A DNA stretch of 64,000 bases from Octopus sinensis (taxonomy: Eukaryota): contig NC_043011.1 in NCBI RefSeq assembly GCF_006345805.1, forward strand, positions 46,016,464 to 46,080,463, given 5' to 3'. The translations under genes were made by a program, and so were the position numbers. Each line of letters begins with the position of its first letter. Within the stretch, counting starts at the first letter, position 1. The notes under the pieces were generated by a model, which was not told the DNA's origin, did not search any database, and saw nothing but the letters and a program-made list of their open reading frames with translations. Shown piece after piece: positions 37,869 through 51,447 of this stretch.

Positions 37869-38456
37869 CAAGGGGTGCAAAAGCAGATATACAGTAAGTA
37901 TCACATGAATGTTATGATACTTAATTCATTAAAATTATTAGCACATTAAATTAGTTAGTCTCATTTTTGATATTTTCAGTGTCATTAATCATGGACCACT
38001 CTGTTGGTTACGACGACGAGGGTCTCAGCTGATACAATCAACGGAACAGCTTGCTCGTGAAATTAATGTTCAAGTGGCTGAGCACTCCACAGACATGTGC
38101 ACTCTTAACGTAGTTCTTAGGAAGATTCAGTGTGACACAGAGTGTGACAAGGCCGACCTTTTGAAATACAGATACAACTCAATTTTGCCAGCAGAGTGTA
38201 CTGGAACAATGTGAAATAAAGTGTCTTGCTCAAGGACAAAACGTGTCGCCGGGAATTGAACTCAGGACCTTACAATTGTGAGCCGAGTGCCCTAACCACT
38301 AAGCTACGCGCCTTCATGTCATTAATCATAATAATGCATTTATCATAACTATAATAATACTTTTATTGTAACTTGTAAATTTTTTGATAAAAATAAATGA
38401 GTATTGTACGTGTTTTCTTTTTCATAACTGTTTTCCTACTTTTGCACCACCCTGTG
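37869..38456. mobile_element. Tc1/mariner-type MITE interrupted by a SINE
   Basis: TA-flanked TIRs CA(A)GGGGTGCAAAAG / CTTTTGCACCACCCTG. Confidence 0.6.
37993..38316 (-). mobile_element. tRNA-headed CORE-like SINE with perfect 13-bp TSD
   Basis: TGTCATTAATCAT at 37980-92 and 38317-29. Confidence 0.9.
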
Positions 38457-38969
38457 TATATTATATATATATACATACACATATACACTCACACACATGC
38501 ATATATGCACACATATATGAAAAACATAGAGACAAGATACTTAGAGAGGCTCTTCAGCGTTGCAAGACCTACTACATACAGTAGCTAAATACCATCAAGT
38601 CACAGTCTGTCATCCACTCAACTACCTCTCTGTGTACATACATATATATATACATATATATATATATACATACATAGTGCTTGTGAGATACAGCACCTAA
38701 TCTACTTAACGGGGAGGTAATTCTAAATAAAAACTGGCATAGATCATGATGACCTGTTCAGCCTATGATGATGATGATGATGTTGATCAGGTGTGTGTGA
38801 ATTTGAATGAACGAATGGGAGAAAGAATAATCAATGCACTTAACAGAATATATTTATTTAAAACTGATAATTTACTCCCGTGATTAAAGATTAAAAAAGC
38901 AAAAAAAAAAAAGCAGCAAGAAACTTGTTATTAACAATTAGATATATTTGGGTGTGAATATATGTGTGC

Positions 38970-39044
<75 letters not shown>

Positions 39045-39190
39045 GCATATATATATATGCATGTATATATGCATATATATATGCATGTATATATGCATAT
39101 ATATATATGCATATATATATATATATATGCATATATATATAATATATATGCATATATATATATACATACATACATATATATATATTATAT

Positions 39191-39221
<31 letters not shown>

Positions 39222-39233
39222 ATATATATATAT

Positions 39234-39267
<34 letters not shown>

Positions 39268-39271
<4 letters not shown>

Positions 39272-39473
39272 ACAATCAAGGAACGGCCATAATAGGTCAT
39301 TCACCCACTAGAAATAACAGCCAAAGCTTCTACCGCAAATAAAGATTAATTCCGTAAACAGGAGAAAATTAAAAAAACATTTACCCTGTAATTAATCTTT
39401 ATTTGCGGTAGAAGCTTTGGCTGTTATTTCTAGTGGGTGAATGGCCTATTATGGCCGTTCCTTGATTGTTAAT
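39268..39473. repeat. Inverted-repeat element, 84-bp arms with 1 mismatch, 38-nt spacer
   Basis: 39268-39351 versus 39390-39473; abuts a (TA)n array. Confidence 0.9.
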
Positions 39474-39660
39474 GTTGAACTTAAAAATGGTCTATGACTA
39501 TTTAATTTTTTCCCGCTGGGCCGCTGGTGGCAATAAAATTCTACAAAATTTTCCTTGCCACCCTATATTGATTAATTATATATATATATATATATATATA
39601 CACATACATACATACATACATATATACATACATACATACATACATACATACATACATACA

Positions 39661-39694
<34 letters not shown>

Positions 39695-40351
39695 CATACA
39701 TACATACATATATTGTTTAAGCTTGTGTTTCCAATTTGAATTGACGAAGTATAGCAATATTGATAATTAGAAATGTTGAAATTAAAGGTTGCAGCAGGTA
39801 TTATCATTTACATGCAGGTTTTACATATACAAATGTAAAATTATGTAATATATAAAAAAAAATAACATAACTAAAGTGAAACTTCAAAAAATGAAAATAA
39901 CAACAATATACAATAAATATTGATTTATTAGCATGTACATGAATATAGAAAAAGAACCATATATTATGATTATATTGATTTATTTGATATAGAGAAGAGC
40001 TTTCTACAGATAAAAATTTATATGTAAGGTTTCCACAGATAAGGATGTTTCTTCTGAAAATTTGTAGGTGAATGATGTATGTATTGTTTGTATTTGTGAT
40101 ACAGTCACACACAGGTGCATGCATGCATGTATGTATATATATGTGTGTGTGTGCATGTGTGCACTTATATGTATATATGCATTTATATATATATATTTAT
40201 ACATAAATATACGTATATATACAGATATATGTATATACATACACATATACATATATATAAATACATATATATATATATACTTATACATACACATACATAT
40301 GCATATTTATATACATAAGTATATATCTCTATATGTATATAAAAATGTATG

Positions 40352-40383
<32 letters not shown>

Positions 40384-40844
40384 TTTACAGCTTTATCTAT
40401 ATCTCTCTATATATATGCATACATACATACAGATACATAGATGCACACATACATATGCCGATACATAAATACATGCACAGACACACAGACACACACATAT
40501 ATATTTATATATATATACGTATATATATATATATAGATATATTTATATGTGTGTGTGTGTGTGTGTGTATATATGAAATCAAATGATATCTCCATGCCAT
40601 TCTATAACAATGAGACATTAAATTAGAAGGAAAAATAATACATTTTATGTGAAATGTATAAAAAAAAAATTTGATGAAATTCGTTGGGAAAATAAAGTAT
40701 GTGAAAGAAACAGAAGTTTGTGTTGTGTGTTTGCATGCTTATACTTATACTGATACCACAGCTATCTGAAATGGCAACCAGTTTATCAATGGAACATATT
40801 TTATTCCTCCCATTGTGGTTTGAAGCTAAAGGCAACTCAAAAGG

Positions 40845-40894
<50 letters not shown>

Positions 40895-41098
40895 CTCGAC
40901 ATTTTAAAACTGATGTAATACTTACAGTGTTTAATAAAATGAAGTAGCATGAAACAATCGTACTACTCTACCTTGGATATCCTTGTTGCTTATGTTGATT
41001 ATAATCACCCCATTTGATTTATATGGATAATACCATACAAAATTCTGGTGCCTTTAACTTAAGTACCAAATTCATCTGAATCTAAATTTTTCTGAACA

Positions 41099-41129
<31 letters not shown>

Positions 41130-41419
41130 GAAACCATCATCATTTCAAAATCTGGTTTTCCATACTTGCATGGATTGGATGAAATTTGTTGAGGCAACTT
41201 ACATTCTATGGACAAATGCCATTTCTGTTGTTAACCCTCTCCTGTTTTTAAGCAAGGTAATGACTACACAGGTTTTCATTGATGCTTAGAAATAAGGGAC
41301 ACTAGTTGGATGACAATGTCACTCATTTATAACAACAAAGTCAAGGTAACTCACATATGCATACACATATATATACATATATATACACATATATATATAT
41401 TCATATATATACACATATA

Positions 41420-41690
41420 TCGTTTAGCGTCCGCTTTCCATGCTAGCATGGGTTGGACGGGTCAACTGGGGTCTGTGAAGCTGGAAGGCTTCGTCAGGCC
41501 CAGTCAGATCTGGCAGTGTTTCTACGGCTGGATGCCCTTCCTAACGCCAACCACTCCGCGAGTGTAGTGGGTGTTTTTTACGTGCCACCTGCACAGGTGC
41601 CAGACAGAGCTGGCGAACGGCCACGAACGGATGGTGCTTTTACGTGTCACCGGCACGGGGCCAGGCGATGCTGGCAACGGACTGTCACCG
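41420..41690 (-). mobile_element. Family-D SINE
   Basis: Close to the 4268 copy. Confidence 0.85.
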
Positions 41691-41802
41691 GCATATACAT
41701 ATATATACACATATATATACATACATATATATACACACATATATATGCATATATATACATATATATACAATATATACACTATATATATACATATATATAT
41801 AA

Positions 41803-41853
<51 letters not shown>

Positions 41854-42371
41854 CATATACACACACATACACACACACACATATATATATGCATAATAGA
41901 AAAATGTATATATCTGTCACATCTTCTGGTCTTTTGACAATAAAAGTGCAGAAGTTGACTAAAACTGTGTATAGGTGCTGGAGTGTCTGTGAGGTAAGTA
42001 GCTTGCTAACCAACTACATGGTTCTGGGTTCAGTCCCACTGCTTGGCACCTATATACATTGTCATCATCATTTAATGTCTATTTTCCATGCTGGCATGGG
42101 TTGGAAAGTTTGATTGAAAATTGGTTAGCTGGGGAGCTGCACCAGGTTCCAATTGACATGCTTTTTACAGCTGGATGCCCTTCCTAACACCAAAGATTAC
42201 CTTTCTAACGCCATAAAACTGTAAAGAAGTTCTTCAGATGTATTGCATCCATAATTCAAAAGCAGAGTCATCTGAGTGACCACTAGATCAGATTATTTTA
42301 GTGTGAGTAGAATGAGAATCAAAGCCACTATAGCAACCACACCCATGCTGTCCCTTTTCTAGGTATATATA

Positions 42372-42608
42372 TAAGGTGGTGAGCTGGCAGAAGCATTAGC
42401 ACACCGGGCGAAATGCTTAGAGGTATTTCGACTGCTGTTATGTTCTGAGTTCAAATTCTGCCGAGGTCGACTTTACCTTTCATCCTTTCGGGGTCGATTA
42501 AATAAGTACCAGTTATGCACTGGGGCCGATATAATCGACTTAATCCGTTTGTCTGTCTTTGTTTGTCCTCTCTGTGTTTATTCCCTTGTGGGTAGTAAAG
42601 AAATAGGT
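42372..42608 (+). mobile_element. Family-M SINE
   Basis: Complete head, central block and tail. Confidence 0.85.
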
Positions 42609-42659
42609 AAATATATATTTCTACATGTGAGATTCAGCTGTTATTGCACTGCTGGATAT

Positions 42660-42706
42660 CTGTCACTGATGAACCCATAGCAAGGTGAAATCATGTGATC
42701 TGGCAG
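42660..42706 (+). ncRNA. Compact type I hammerhead ribozyme candidate
   Basis: CTGTCA-CTGATGA-ACC catagcaa GGT-GAAA-TC atgt GA-TC-TGGCAG; all core residues present, AUC triplet. Confidence 0.7.
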
Positions 42707-43364
42707 TTCAAGTGACTGTAGCAGATGATTCTCGTCTGCCAACAAGATAATCATGAGTGCTTTTATGTGCCCCAAGTGCTCATGTGAGATTCTCTCAAGG
42801 TAAATAATGCAGTGTTCTGTGCTCTAGCACAACTTATATGTTAAGTTGGGGATCAAAATTATCTCTTGCTATTAATACTGCTTCTGTTACTGTTAATTTT
42901 TACACACACACATGGCTATCTCTCCATGCATACAAACACACTTACATACATACTTATGTTCTTAAACAGATTAAATTTGTGTACACTAGGTGGGTGTGGG
43001 TGTGTTTAAGTAAATAACTTGATACATAATAAAACTGAAACATCAAACAAGCTTACAACTACATTGTTTAATGATTTTGTTTCTGACAATTTAACTCACG
43101 AATTTAGCTATCATTTATCAATTTACTTTAACAGACATCTATTTTTATATAAAACAGCTGCCACTGTTTTAAGTACTCAGTGAATTTAAACAACCAGTTC
43201 TAATATTTTATTTACAGCCTCTTCAAATACACTTAAACATCCACATTATATAACGTTGACCTTATGGTCTACCCCTTTCAGATGTAATCCACTTGTCATC
43301 GCAATCTGTTCTGTTTTCTTCTGTTTGAGACTTGATTTAGTTGCTAATAGGGATTCTAACTCAC

Positions 43365-43466
43365 CTATGAACCAGCTAGGTTCTGTAGTTGGCCTCACTG
43401 AGAGCCAGCAATAGGATGAACTTTGCAAAACCTGATTCCCAATGTGACAATGTGCTGAATATGTCT
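43365..43466 (-). CDS. Weak candidate 102-nt exon (TYSAHCHIGNQVLQSSSYCWLSVRPTTEPSWFI)
   Basis: Strong TAG|gtgagt donor, modest acceptor, one open frame. Confidence 0.2.
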
Positions 43467-44368
43467 CTAGTCAAGCGGAACGATTATATTTTATCAATTA
43501 TGTTAGGCCTTACATTCTGTTTATGGTTAAATTTCTTGTTCCTGGTTACATACGAAATCAAATGCAAGTGGTGTTTTGCCTCACATCTTACTGTTAGAGA
43601 ATCAAATAAATAAACTATTTAAGCTGATGCATTTTTTATTGTCTACATAATTGGAGAAAGAAAAGAAGAATTATCTTTATTATTCGCTATTTTATAATTA
43701 ATTCAATCAGTTTATTAACAACCTTTAACAAGATATTTAGTTAACACCCAGTTAGCCATGAAATACATCTAAATCTCCTATACTTATAATCCATTATTAA
43801 TTGTTTGTTTGTGTGTGTGATCAAAAACATTCCAACTGTGACCTTTCAGACTTAGGCTAGAGCTACATTATCCATCACACCATTTTTTTCTTATAATGGT
43901 AGTGTGTAAATTGAAGATTTTGGCTGCTGTTTTTAGTAAATTGAATGATCTTGTAGTAGTGCTTCCAATGGCCCAACTCTTTAGTTGTTTAAATGGCTAT
44001 TGTCATAGATTGTTGAAATACACAGTGCTGCACTTCAACAGGAGGTAACAATGTCATACACTCTTGTTTCTTACCACTTCTATCCCTCTGGGTAAACCAA
44101 CCCCACCTTGGGAGAAAAACACAAGATTAGCAAAACAAAAGATATCTCTGGACATAACTTGCAAAAGAAAGACAGAAAAATTTCTAATTTTAGTATATGT
44201 ACTGGCAAAGCAAGAACAGAAAACAATCAAACATATAAAGAAAATGACTGATGGGGAGAATATTTTTACAAGTGTTATTTTGGTATATTTCTCCCGAGGA
44301 AAGAAAATGGGAAAATGAGAAGAAAAAAAACAAAAACAAAAAAACACCCAATACACATACACATATAC

Positions 44369-44408
<40 letters not shown>

Positions 44409-44940
44409 CGTGAGAGAGAGTGTGTGGTGGTGGTGGGGAGAGAGATTTGAACCTGCACGAATAAGAGATCATTAAATAACAAACAAAATGTAGAGTAAGA
44501 TAATTATTGGAAACTGGATCAAATTGCAAGACTAAAAACTAAATATTCAGACTGAAATAATTATTGGGAAATTCAAGAAATTTCAGATACCGGTTCTTCT
44601 GCCAGTCTTTGACAATCAATGGGTGTCTATGCTAAGAAAGACGATAGGAATTAAATTATAAAACACCAATGAATTACTTTATATTGAACATATATACAAA
44701 TACAATTCCCTACCAATACAGTACACATTCTGTACTTTTATTAAGAGATTTTGTTGAGGTTTTTTTTTTACTGATTATTATTATTATTATTTTTTTTTTT
44801 TTTTAAACGACACAGATGCATAAAGCAAAAATGGCTTATTGTCATGAATAATGGTGAATAAAGAAGTTAATTAACTATAAAAGTGAAATCAATATTTGAG
44901 ACTACATAGTTTAAAAAGCATGCACAACACGCATGGAAGG

Positions 44941-44971
<31 letters not shown>

Positions 44972-45175
44972 TCCTTGTCATCATTCACGTGCTAATTTAT
45001 CAATATTTCATGATGGATATTTGTTATAAATCAACCAATCAATCATTTGATTTCACTCATATCATCTTCAATGTCGGCTTTGTTAAAAATAAATGTAATG
45101 AAATTAATCACATTTTTAAAGTACCTCATTTATTTATTCATTCATTTTATAATCATTAACATAATTATTATTATG

Positions 45176-45216
<41 letters not shown>

Positions 45217-45749
45217 TACTACTACTACTACTATTTCTTTTTCCTATGAAACTAAATTCATTGTGATAAACTAATATCCTAGGAAGGACTTGAGTAGCAA
45301 GTTTGGTATACATACACAAACACACACACATGCGTGCAAACGCATGCACACACACACACACGCACACACACACACATGCACACACAAACACACACACAAA
45401 CAAACATGCACACACAAACACACATGTTCACACTTACATGCACATTTCATCATAAAACTGCACCAAAATGTAAAATAGGTGTGGAATATCAATATTGTTT
45501 CATGTTAATGAATATTTCTACCCAGATTCACAAATTTAAAAGCCATTATGTTCAGATCCTTTCCATAAAGCCAACTTCAGCTCTATTGTTAGACAAAACT
45601 AGTAGCAAGGACTAAGAAATCAATAAACAACGAAAACCTAAAGCTTTAAGAGAACAACAAATAATACTGTTTTAATAGGCAAACAGCAATGTTTTCTTAC
45701 GTAAACCAGAGATGAGAGATATGGCTAACATTTGATTTCTTAATTATCT

Positions 45750-46825
45750 TTTGCCATTCACTTGTATTAGTCATTAGACTGTGGCCATTCTGGGGCACTG
45801 CCCCGAAGAATTTTGGTTGAATGAATTGACACCTGTACTTTCATTTTCTTTTCAAGTACTGGTACTTATTCTATCGGTCTCTTTTGCCAGACTGCTAAGT
45901 AACAAGGATGTAAACACACCACCAATGGTTGTCAAGCGATGGTAGGGGATAAACACAGAAACACACACTCTCTCTCCCTCACAAACATATATATACATGA
46001 CAGGCATCTTTCAGTTTCTATCTACTAAATCCACCCCAAGGCTATGATAGAAGACATTTGCCCAAGGTGCCATGCAGTGGAACTGAACCCGGGACCATGA
46101 GGTTGGGAAGTAAACTTCTTATCACACAGCCACACCTGTACCTATTAAGTAGATAGTCTTGAATTTATATGAAGAAGTAATATTCTTTTCTACTCTAAGC
46201 ACAAGGCCGGAAATTTTTAGGAGGGGGGGCAGTGGATTGGATCGCCCCAGTACACAAATGGTACTTAATTTGTCGACCCCAAAAGAATGAAAGACGAAGT
46301 CGACCTCAGCAGAATTTGAACTCAGGATGTAAAAACAGATGAAATACCACTAAGCACTTTGCCCGGTATGCTAACGTTTCTGCCAGCTTTGTTGCTAGTC
46401 ATGCAACAAATGGCAGCTACAGCATCCTCAAATCACAACTAACCATCTTAAGAATAGAGAGAGAGAGAGAGAGAGAGACCTGCATATCCAAATTAATGGT
46501 CGAGCCGGATGCTTTACGCATGCTATCAAGATGGGTTGCTCATAGGTTCAATACCTTTGATCTTAGGGCAGCCCAATCAGTAGGACTGATTAGGATTAAT
46601 TAGCAATGATAATTGTTTCAAATTTTTTTGCACAAGGCTAGCAATTTTAGGGGATTAGTCAATTACATCAACCCTTGTAACTTGACAAATACTCTGTTTT
46701 ATTAACTCTGAGAGGATCAAAGGCAAAGTTGACCTTGGCAGAATTTGAACTCAGGATGTAGAAGCAGGTGAAATACAGCTAAGCATTTTGTCTAGTGTGG
46801 TAACAATTCTGCCAGCTCACCATCT
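45750..46825 (-). mobile_element. SINE cluster: family B (about 45750-46140) and two family M (about 46185-46395, 46610-46825)
   Basis: Reverse diagnostic blocks. Confidence 0.75.
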
Positions 46826-47324
46826 TGTAATATTAACAACAACAACAACAACAACAGCAGCAGCAGCAGCAGCAACAACAGCAGCAGCAACAGCAGCAGC
46901 AGCAAGAACTTAATGCGTAATCAGTTCTAAACAACAGAATTTGAGCATTTGTTTTGTTTTGTTTTCTGAATAAATATATCTTACCAAACATTGGCACTCA
47001 TATTTTTTTTTTTTTAGAAGAAACAGAAATTTTACTGAACCACAAATTTTGATTAGAAGTCATCCTTTTGAACAGACTTTGAATGGCATTTTTGTTTCTA
47101 TCAATTAATGAGTTAGTACTGCTCTCATTCTGCCAAGTTTATAATGCCTTTCATGATTTTGTGTTCCAATGAAATAATCATCAATCAAGCACAAAAATTG
47201 ATTCGATGAACTCTTAAAACAAAAAAAAAATCATGTCTTTGCTTGCAGAAGAAGCCATATCCATAAACAATTATTCACAAAATTCCTATAGCCACCACAA
47301 TAATAACCATGTTTCCCAACTGTT

Positions 47325-47685
47325 ATACTCTTTACTCTTTTACTTGTTTCAGTCAGTTGACTGCAGTCATGCTGGAGCACTGCCTTTAGTCGAAGAAATC
47401 AACCCCAGGACTTAGTCTTTGTAAGCCTAGTACTTATTCTATCAGTCTCTTTTGCCGAAATGCTAAGTTACGGGGACATAAACACACCAGCATTGGTTGT
47501 CAAGCGATGTTGGGGGGACAAACACAGACACAGAAACATACACACACACACATATATATATATATACGACAGGCCTCTGGCTATAGTAGAAGACACTTGC
47601 TCAAGCTGTCACGCAGTGGGAATGAACCTGGAACCATGTGGTTGGTAAGCAAGCTACTTACCACACAGCCACTTCTACACCTATA
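47325..47685 (-). mobile_element. Family-B SINE with internal deletion
   Basis: Reverse 3' extension and head. Confidence 0.8.
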
Positions 47686-48004
47686 TTGTACATATGTTGT
47701 TTTAACAGAAATGAAATCAAAAAGAAATTTTAAAAGAGCATTAATGTTTAAAGATCTATAAAAATGGTATTGGGTCATGTACAAAAAATTATGTTAATAC
47801 TTTGTTATTTTTCTGCTATTTTAATATCAGCTGTGGTCCATCTAATGTTGACTAAATAAGGCCAAAATATTCAAGGACAAATCTAAATGAAACTATGATA
47901 AAATGAAAGTAACAGAAAGTACTCATAGCTGATCTGAATGGCAGGAATACCTAGGTAAATGACCGCACCCCCCACCAAAAAAAAAAACCTCAAACAAATT
48001 AGAT

Positions 48005-48423
48005 GGTGTGGGCGAGCTGGCAGAAACTTTAGCATGCAGGGCGAAATGCTTAGCAGTATTTCGTCTGCGTTACGTTGTGAGTTCGAATTCTGCCGAGGTC
48101 GACTTTGCCTTTCATCCTTTTGGGGTCGATAAATTAAGTGCCAGTTACGCACTGGGGTCGATGTAATCGACTTAATACCTATGTCTGTCCTTGTTTGTCT
48201 CCTCTGTGTTTAGCCCCTTGTGGGCAGTAAAGAAATAGGTATTTCGTCGGCGTTACGTTGTGAGTTCGAATTCTGCGAGGTCGACTTTACCTTTCATCCT
48301 TTTGGGGTCGATAAATTAAGTACCAGTTACGCACTGGGGTCGATGTAATCGACTTAATACCTATGTCTGTCCTTGTTTGTCCCCACCGTGTTTAACCCCT
48401 TGTTGGTAATAAAGAAATAGGTA
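48005..48423 (+). mobile_element. Family-M SINE with tandem partial duplication
   Basis: The second unit restarts at GGTATTTCGTC (about 48238), directly after the first tail. Confidence 0.85.
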
Positions 48424-49215
48424 TTGAGAAAGATCCACAAGTATATGGGTTTTTTGTAGACACACAAATGTTACTGTGGCCCATTAGAACTTGGGTGAGA
48501 TCCACTTTTAAATCATATAGCCCACTTTGTACAGCACTTGTGTAGAAAGGACTATGTTACAAATAACCTGAGTCTGTGTGAACGCCAATGTCTCTGAAGA
48601 CCAGAAGAATTTTGATTTGATGTTTAAAAAACATGGACAAATTATACAAATGCAGAAGGAGAAATAATGTAAGAGAAATTATTTTTAAATAACCCAAGAT
48701 TTCAGATGAAATTTCTTGTTAAATAAGTATGACAAACAAATTCACCATTTTATACTCTTTTGCTCTTTGCCAGTTTCAGCTTCAGAACTACAACCATGCT
48801 GGGGCACCACCATTAAATGAATAGAAAAAAAATATGAATAAAAAAAATAAGAAGAAATGAATGAAAACAATGAATAAAAAAATTATTTTCAAAATAGCAA
48901 AACTTCTGAATCATTTAACTTTAGAAGTTTATATATATAAGAAAAAAAAATCTACAAATAATTGAAATTCAAAACAATTTTGCTTATCGTTTCTTCATGT
49001 TTTAACATAGAGTTATTTCTGTAAGATTACTACTTTGGAGTTTGTTATACATCAGAGTTCATCATTTCTATTAGCCTCCAGCAAATTTTGTTACGTTGTA
49101 AAGGTTACTCATCTGTAAGAGATTAAAATAACTGCAAACCACTAAGCTGATCACAGAACTGAACGTTCGGACAAATGAACATAACACACACACACACACA
49201 CACACATTTATTTAC

Positions 49216-49389
49216 CCGCAACAGTTGATTGAAGTTATTGTACACCTCAAGGTCGGCGGAAATATATCTGTCAGGATTGGTATGTAATTGTTTGCACAAT
49301 TCACTTAACATCTCAGCAACAATATTTTTTGATTTGTTCTTGCCTGTTTCCCTGATTAACTGTAATTTCAGATAATTTTTAAGCTGCTT
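49216..49389 (-). CDS. Candidate 174-nt internal exon (KQLKNYLKLQLIRETGKNKSKNIVAEMLSELCKQLHTNPDRYISADLEVYNNFNQLLR), phase 0-0
   Basis: tttttctatttcacttaattacccccag acceptor, CGG|gtaaat donor, 58 open codons of ordinary composition; family not recognised. Confidence 0.55.
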
Positions 49390-49759
49390 CTGGGGGTAAT
49401 TAAGTGAAATAGAAAAATCATAGATTTTTTCTGGGAAGCTCTTTAGATTATTAAAAAAAAAAAAAAAAAAAAAAATTGTAAATAGTTAGTTTTATATTTT
49501 GTCTTGTGTCTATTTTTATTTTATGAGATGGCCCTGAGCTTGCAGAATTTCTGAGGTGCTGTTAGTAGAATAAATACATTCATCACTGGAGCTTTACAAT
49601 TGTTGACAATAAGAAGAGCCTCTAGTTTAAAAGGTAAAAAAAAAAAAAAAAAAAAAACTCCAAGCAAAACTGCATGTAATGCAGAGTAGTCAGAAAGACC
49701 ATTATATCTACATAAACACACAAACAAATAGATATGTATATATGCATGTGTATGTGTTT

Positions 49760-49813
<54 letters not shown>

Positions 49814-49817
49814 CAGT

Positions 49818-50035
49818 TGTTAGTTGTCGGAGCACTGCATCCTTCAAAACTTCCATGCTTCCTGAGATTCGCCAACACTACACCTGATTTTCTCCCCTCC
49901 ATACACATGCAAGCATGTATCTGACTCATACACTGTTCGCTTTTCAAACATTTGTACATTACTGCATATGCTTTATACGCACTTTTGACAAGTTGTGGTG
50001 CACCTGAGCACTATATACAAGAATTTCATTATATT
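49818..50035 (+). mobile_element. CR1/L2-type LINE 3' end
   Basis: VSCRSTASFKTSMLPEIRQHYT* plus 3' UTR; homologous to 61135-61480. Confidence 0.8.
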
Positions 50036-51056
50036 GTATTATATCAAATGTTGCTAAAGAACTAACGAAAATCTCTACATGATTGCTCACTTTGCAACAT
50101 ATAGTGGCTATATTTTCATCAAACTTTACTGTGCAGTCTTAAAAATTGTTTGAGTATAATGATTAAAATAGTCCTGGATTATATACGTCAGGTGTGATGA
50201 TAGGCTGGTCATGGCTTGATGGAGTTTCATTCCTGAAAACCATAGCGACTGATCATCAAGGAACCATGCACACTAACAGGAGATTACACAAAGTATTTAC
50301 AGTCGAATCTGGATCAGGACAGGATATGTCCAAGTAAAAGCAGGCAGAGATCTATGTGAAAGCACTGGCCCTCATAGGCAAGTTGACACATCTCTAAGCT
50401 ATGGAAAATGACAACAGAAATATCTAAATTTAAGGGGGTGGGGTGGGGGAAATACAATCAATATCATCATAGTAATCATCATCATCATCATCCACATCAT
50501 GTTATTTTTGTTATTTTCATGCTTGCATGTGTGGGGTGGGTCTTTTCCTAGGACAGCTTCTCACCACAACTTCTAGAAATCAGCCTTCACTTCTCCTTCC
50601 TCTTCTTCAAGTGAAGAATATTTTCAGCGGACTGTATTATCTGAATGTACCAATATCACTTTCTGACATAATGATCTTCATAATTTGACAAATCTTATTT
50701 CCAAGGAAAGGCACAATCCTTCCTGAATTAAAAGGATGTATACAGCTCATTTAATGTATTGTATTATAAAGATGAGAGTAAGGATGAGGGATAAAACTTT
50801 CTCTGGATGGTCTTTCAACTTATTGCATGTAGGTTTTACCGTGAGAGTTCTACAAGAAAAAAAAAAACTGTATACATGGTGTGCTTTGGTGATAAGCACA
50901 ATGCATAGAACCATGTTTCTCAGTTATCTGTTTGTTATCCCTAAACCTCAAGCATCTATGTTCTATGTACAGGTAAATGGTCGAAAGAAATTTCTACCTT
51001 CGTGTTCAGTATTGAAGAAAACCATTTAAAATACATGACTCATCTATATATCTATA

Positions 51057-51447
51057 TCTATATATATATAAAGCTGAAGTTGTCTGTGTGTGGCAGGTTT
51101 GGTAGCCTTCAACTAACACTATCTCCTCCGAGACCCTGCAGCGCAAGTTGACCAAAATTGAGAGTATAATAGAAGAAGGCTTGCTCTTCATTCCGTAGAA
51201 GATAAAATTCAAATCGGACCATGTTAACAGCAAAAATTATTACCTCAAAAAGGTGCTTTTTTTCTATGAAAATCCCTATTTTTTACGATTTTTTGACTGC
51301 TGTGTCACCATTTTTCAGTGTATTTCAACCAGAAAAATGTTCACTTAAAGAGAATAACAAGCTACATAATGCAAAATTTTTACTTTTCAAAAAATCCAAT
51401 TCTAAAGGGTTGAAACAAACCCGAGCAATACCAGGCGATACTGCTAG
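51057..51447 (+). mobile_element. Non-autonomous Helitron-like element
   Basis: A|TC start, subterminal GC hairpin, CTAG|T end, no TSD. Confidence 0.8.

Noticed and set aside
40762-40843. Plus-strand 82-nt exon-like unit (also 8061-8114, 5518-5581, 28468-28512, 49225-49279)
   Set aside because: AG/GT-bounded open frames of this size occur by chance in AT-rich DNA. They have no consistent phase chain or recognisable peptide, and 49225-49279 overlaps a better minus-strand exon.
46840-46910. PolyQ-like (CAA/CAG)n tract (also 20885-20925)
   Set aside because: SINE-adjacent or isolated simple repeat with no flanking coding context.
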